Shown here: piece after piece, positions 62,850-64,000 of the stretch
How the letters are laid out: the number at the start of each line of letters is the position of its first letter
How positions within the stretch are numbered: position 1 is the first letter of the stretch
Source of the DNA: Octopus sinensis
Taxonomy: Eukaryota
NCBI RefSeq assembly: GCF_006345805.1
Contig: NC_043002.1
Coordinates: forward strand, 3,596,001 to 3,660,000
Direction of reading: 5' to 3'
Length of the DNA stretch: 64,000 bases
Position numbers and translations under genes: made by a program
Notes under the pieces: generated by a model
What the model saw: only the letters and a program-made list of their open reading frames with translations
What the model was told of the DNA's origin: nothing
Databases searched by the model: none

Positions 62850-64000
62850 TCTAATAATTGCAAGAATTGGAAACCAGTCTGAGTGTGTGTGTGGGGGGGG
62901 GGCAGTTATTTAGGATCCGAGAGATTGTATTTGTTTGATTCTAATTCATTAACATAACAATTGTCTAAATTATGGCCTTGTGAAATTTGAAACAAAACTT
63001 TTTTTCTATAAGGATTTTATACTTTTTTATCTTTTTGATTTCCAGAGAGAAGTTGACCGGAATCTAATGGATTCCAAGGGACTTTACTGTGTTCACCAGA
63101 TCAGTTTAATAAGTTCGTTTATTTGGATAAACTAACGATATTTACTTCACTACTACAAGGAGGGGCTGAGTATAATCCAGAGAGAAGAATAGCATTGAAT
63201 ACCATTTGAAGGGCAAGTAGAGTTGAAGGCTTTGCCTCAAGACACAGCACAATGCCTGCAGCTGAATAAAAAGATAAAAACCTATGAACCAAGTGTCTCA
63301 TTTTTAATTAATTCAAGGACTTCAGCTTAAAGATTGGATTAATGAAACTTTTTATTAATCAGACTGGAGGAAGTAACACATTGGAGACCAGAGGATAAAG
63401 AATTATTAGAAATGAAGAGTTGTGAAATTATATTGATTACCAGATTGTATGTTATGATTTGGTCAAGGCATTGAACTTGTCTTGCTACTCTTACCTGGCA
63501 GAACAGCAGGTAAGAACAGAGAGAGAGAGTGAGTTGGTAATGGAATAAAAATACTCATTAATTGACATATTGTTAAAAGTGAGATTTACCTTATGCAAAA
63601 TATTTTGTTTAAATATACTTAAAGAACTGTTAAAAAAAATAAAGAATTTATAATTGAATTCCATTAGTTTTTCTTTTATTGTTTTGGGCTATAAACAAGG
63701 AATTGGTAAAATAAATCTTTTTCCATTTAGCTGTCCTTGCCTCAGTCATGGAAGTGAGAAGCAAAACTGACACAAATCATTATGTACTTTACATAATGAT
63801 TTGTGTACTTTACATACAAGTACAATGTGGTAACAGCAGACAAATTTGAGCGTTGTGGTGTGAGGCTGAGCACTTTAATTGTTATTATGAGGTTAAAGTC
63901 ACCAACTTTGAGACTGTCTGTTCTGATGACTTCATAGAATGCAAAAGTGCACGGCCTGGTGGTTAAGGTGTTGTCCTCGCAATAATAAGACTGTAGTTTC

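Overview
AT-rich, microsatellite-dense metazoan genomic DNA. The SINE and RTE families point to an octopus (coleoid cephalopod) genome, which is an inference. The only host gene I can identify confidently is an intronless HEXIM CDS (52801-53577, +; 7SK-binding P-TEFb inhibitor), sitting in a TE-poor, CpG-retaining zone. The rest is mostly transposon debris: four Tc1/mariner copies from different lineages (one with DD36E spacing, one reduced to an intact DNA-binding-domain ORF), hAT- and piggyBac-type MITEs, a 447-bp fold-back MITE with 8-bp TSD inside a CR1-type RT, RTE LINE fragments whose 3' UTRs carry variable tandem repeats and repeatedly form tail-to-tail hairpins, several tRNA-derived SINE families, and a ~2.2-kb (AT/AC)n tract that generates most of the long ORFs in the supplied track (spurious). 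A second TE-poor, CpG-retaining zone (~6.5-15.3 kb) has splice and promoter-like signals suggesting an unidentified transcription unit. All alignments and counts were made by eye; no searches were run.
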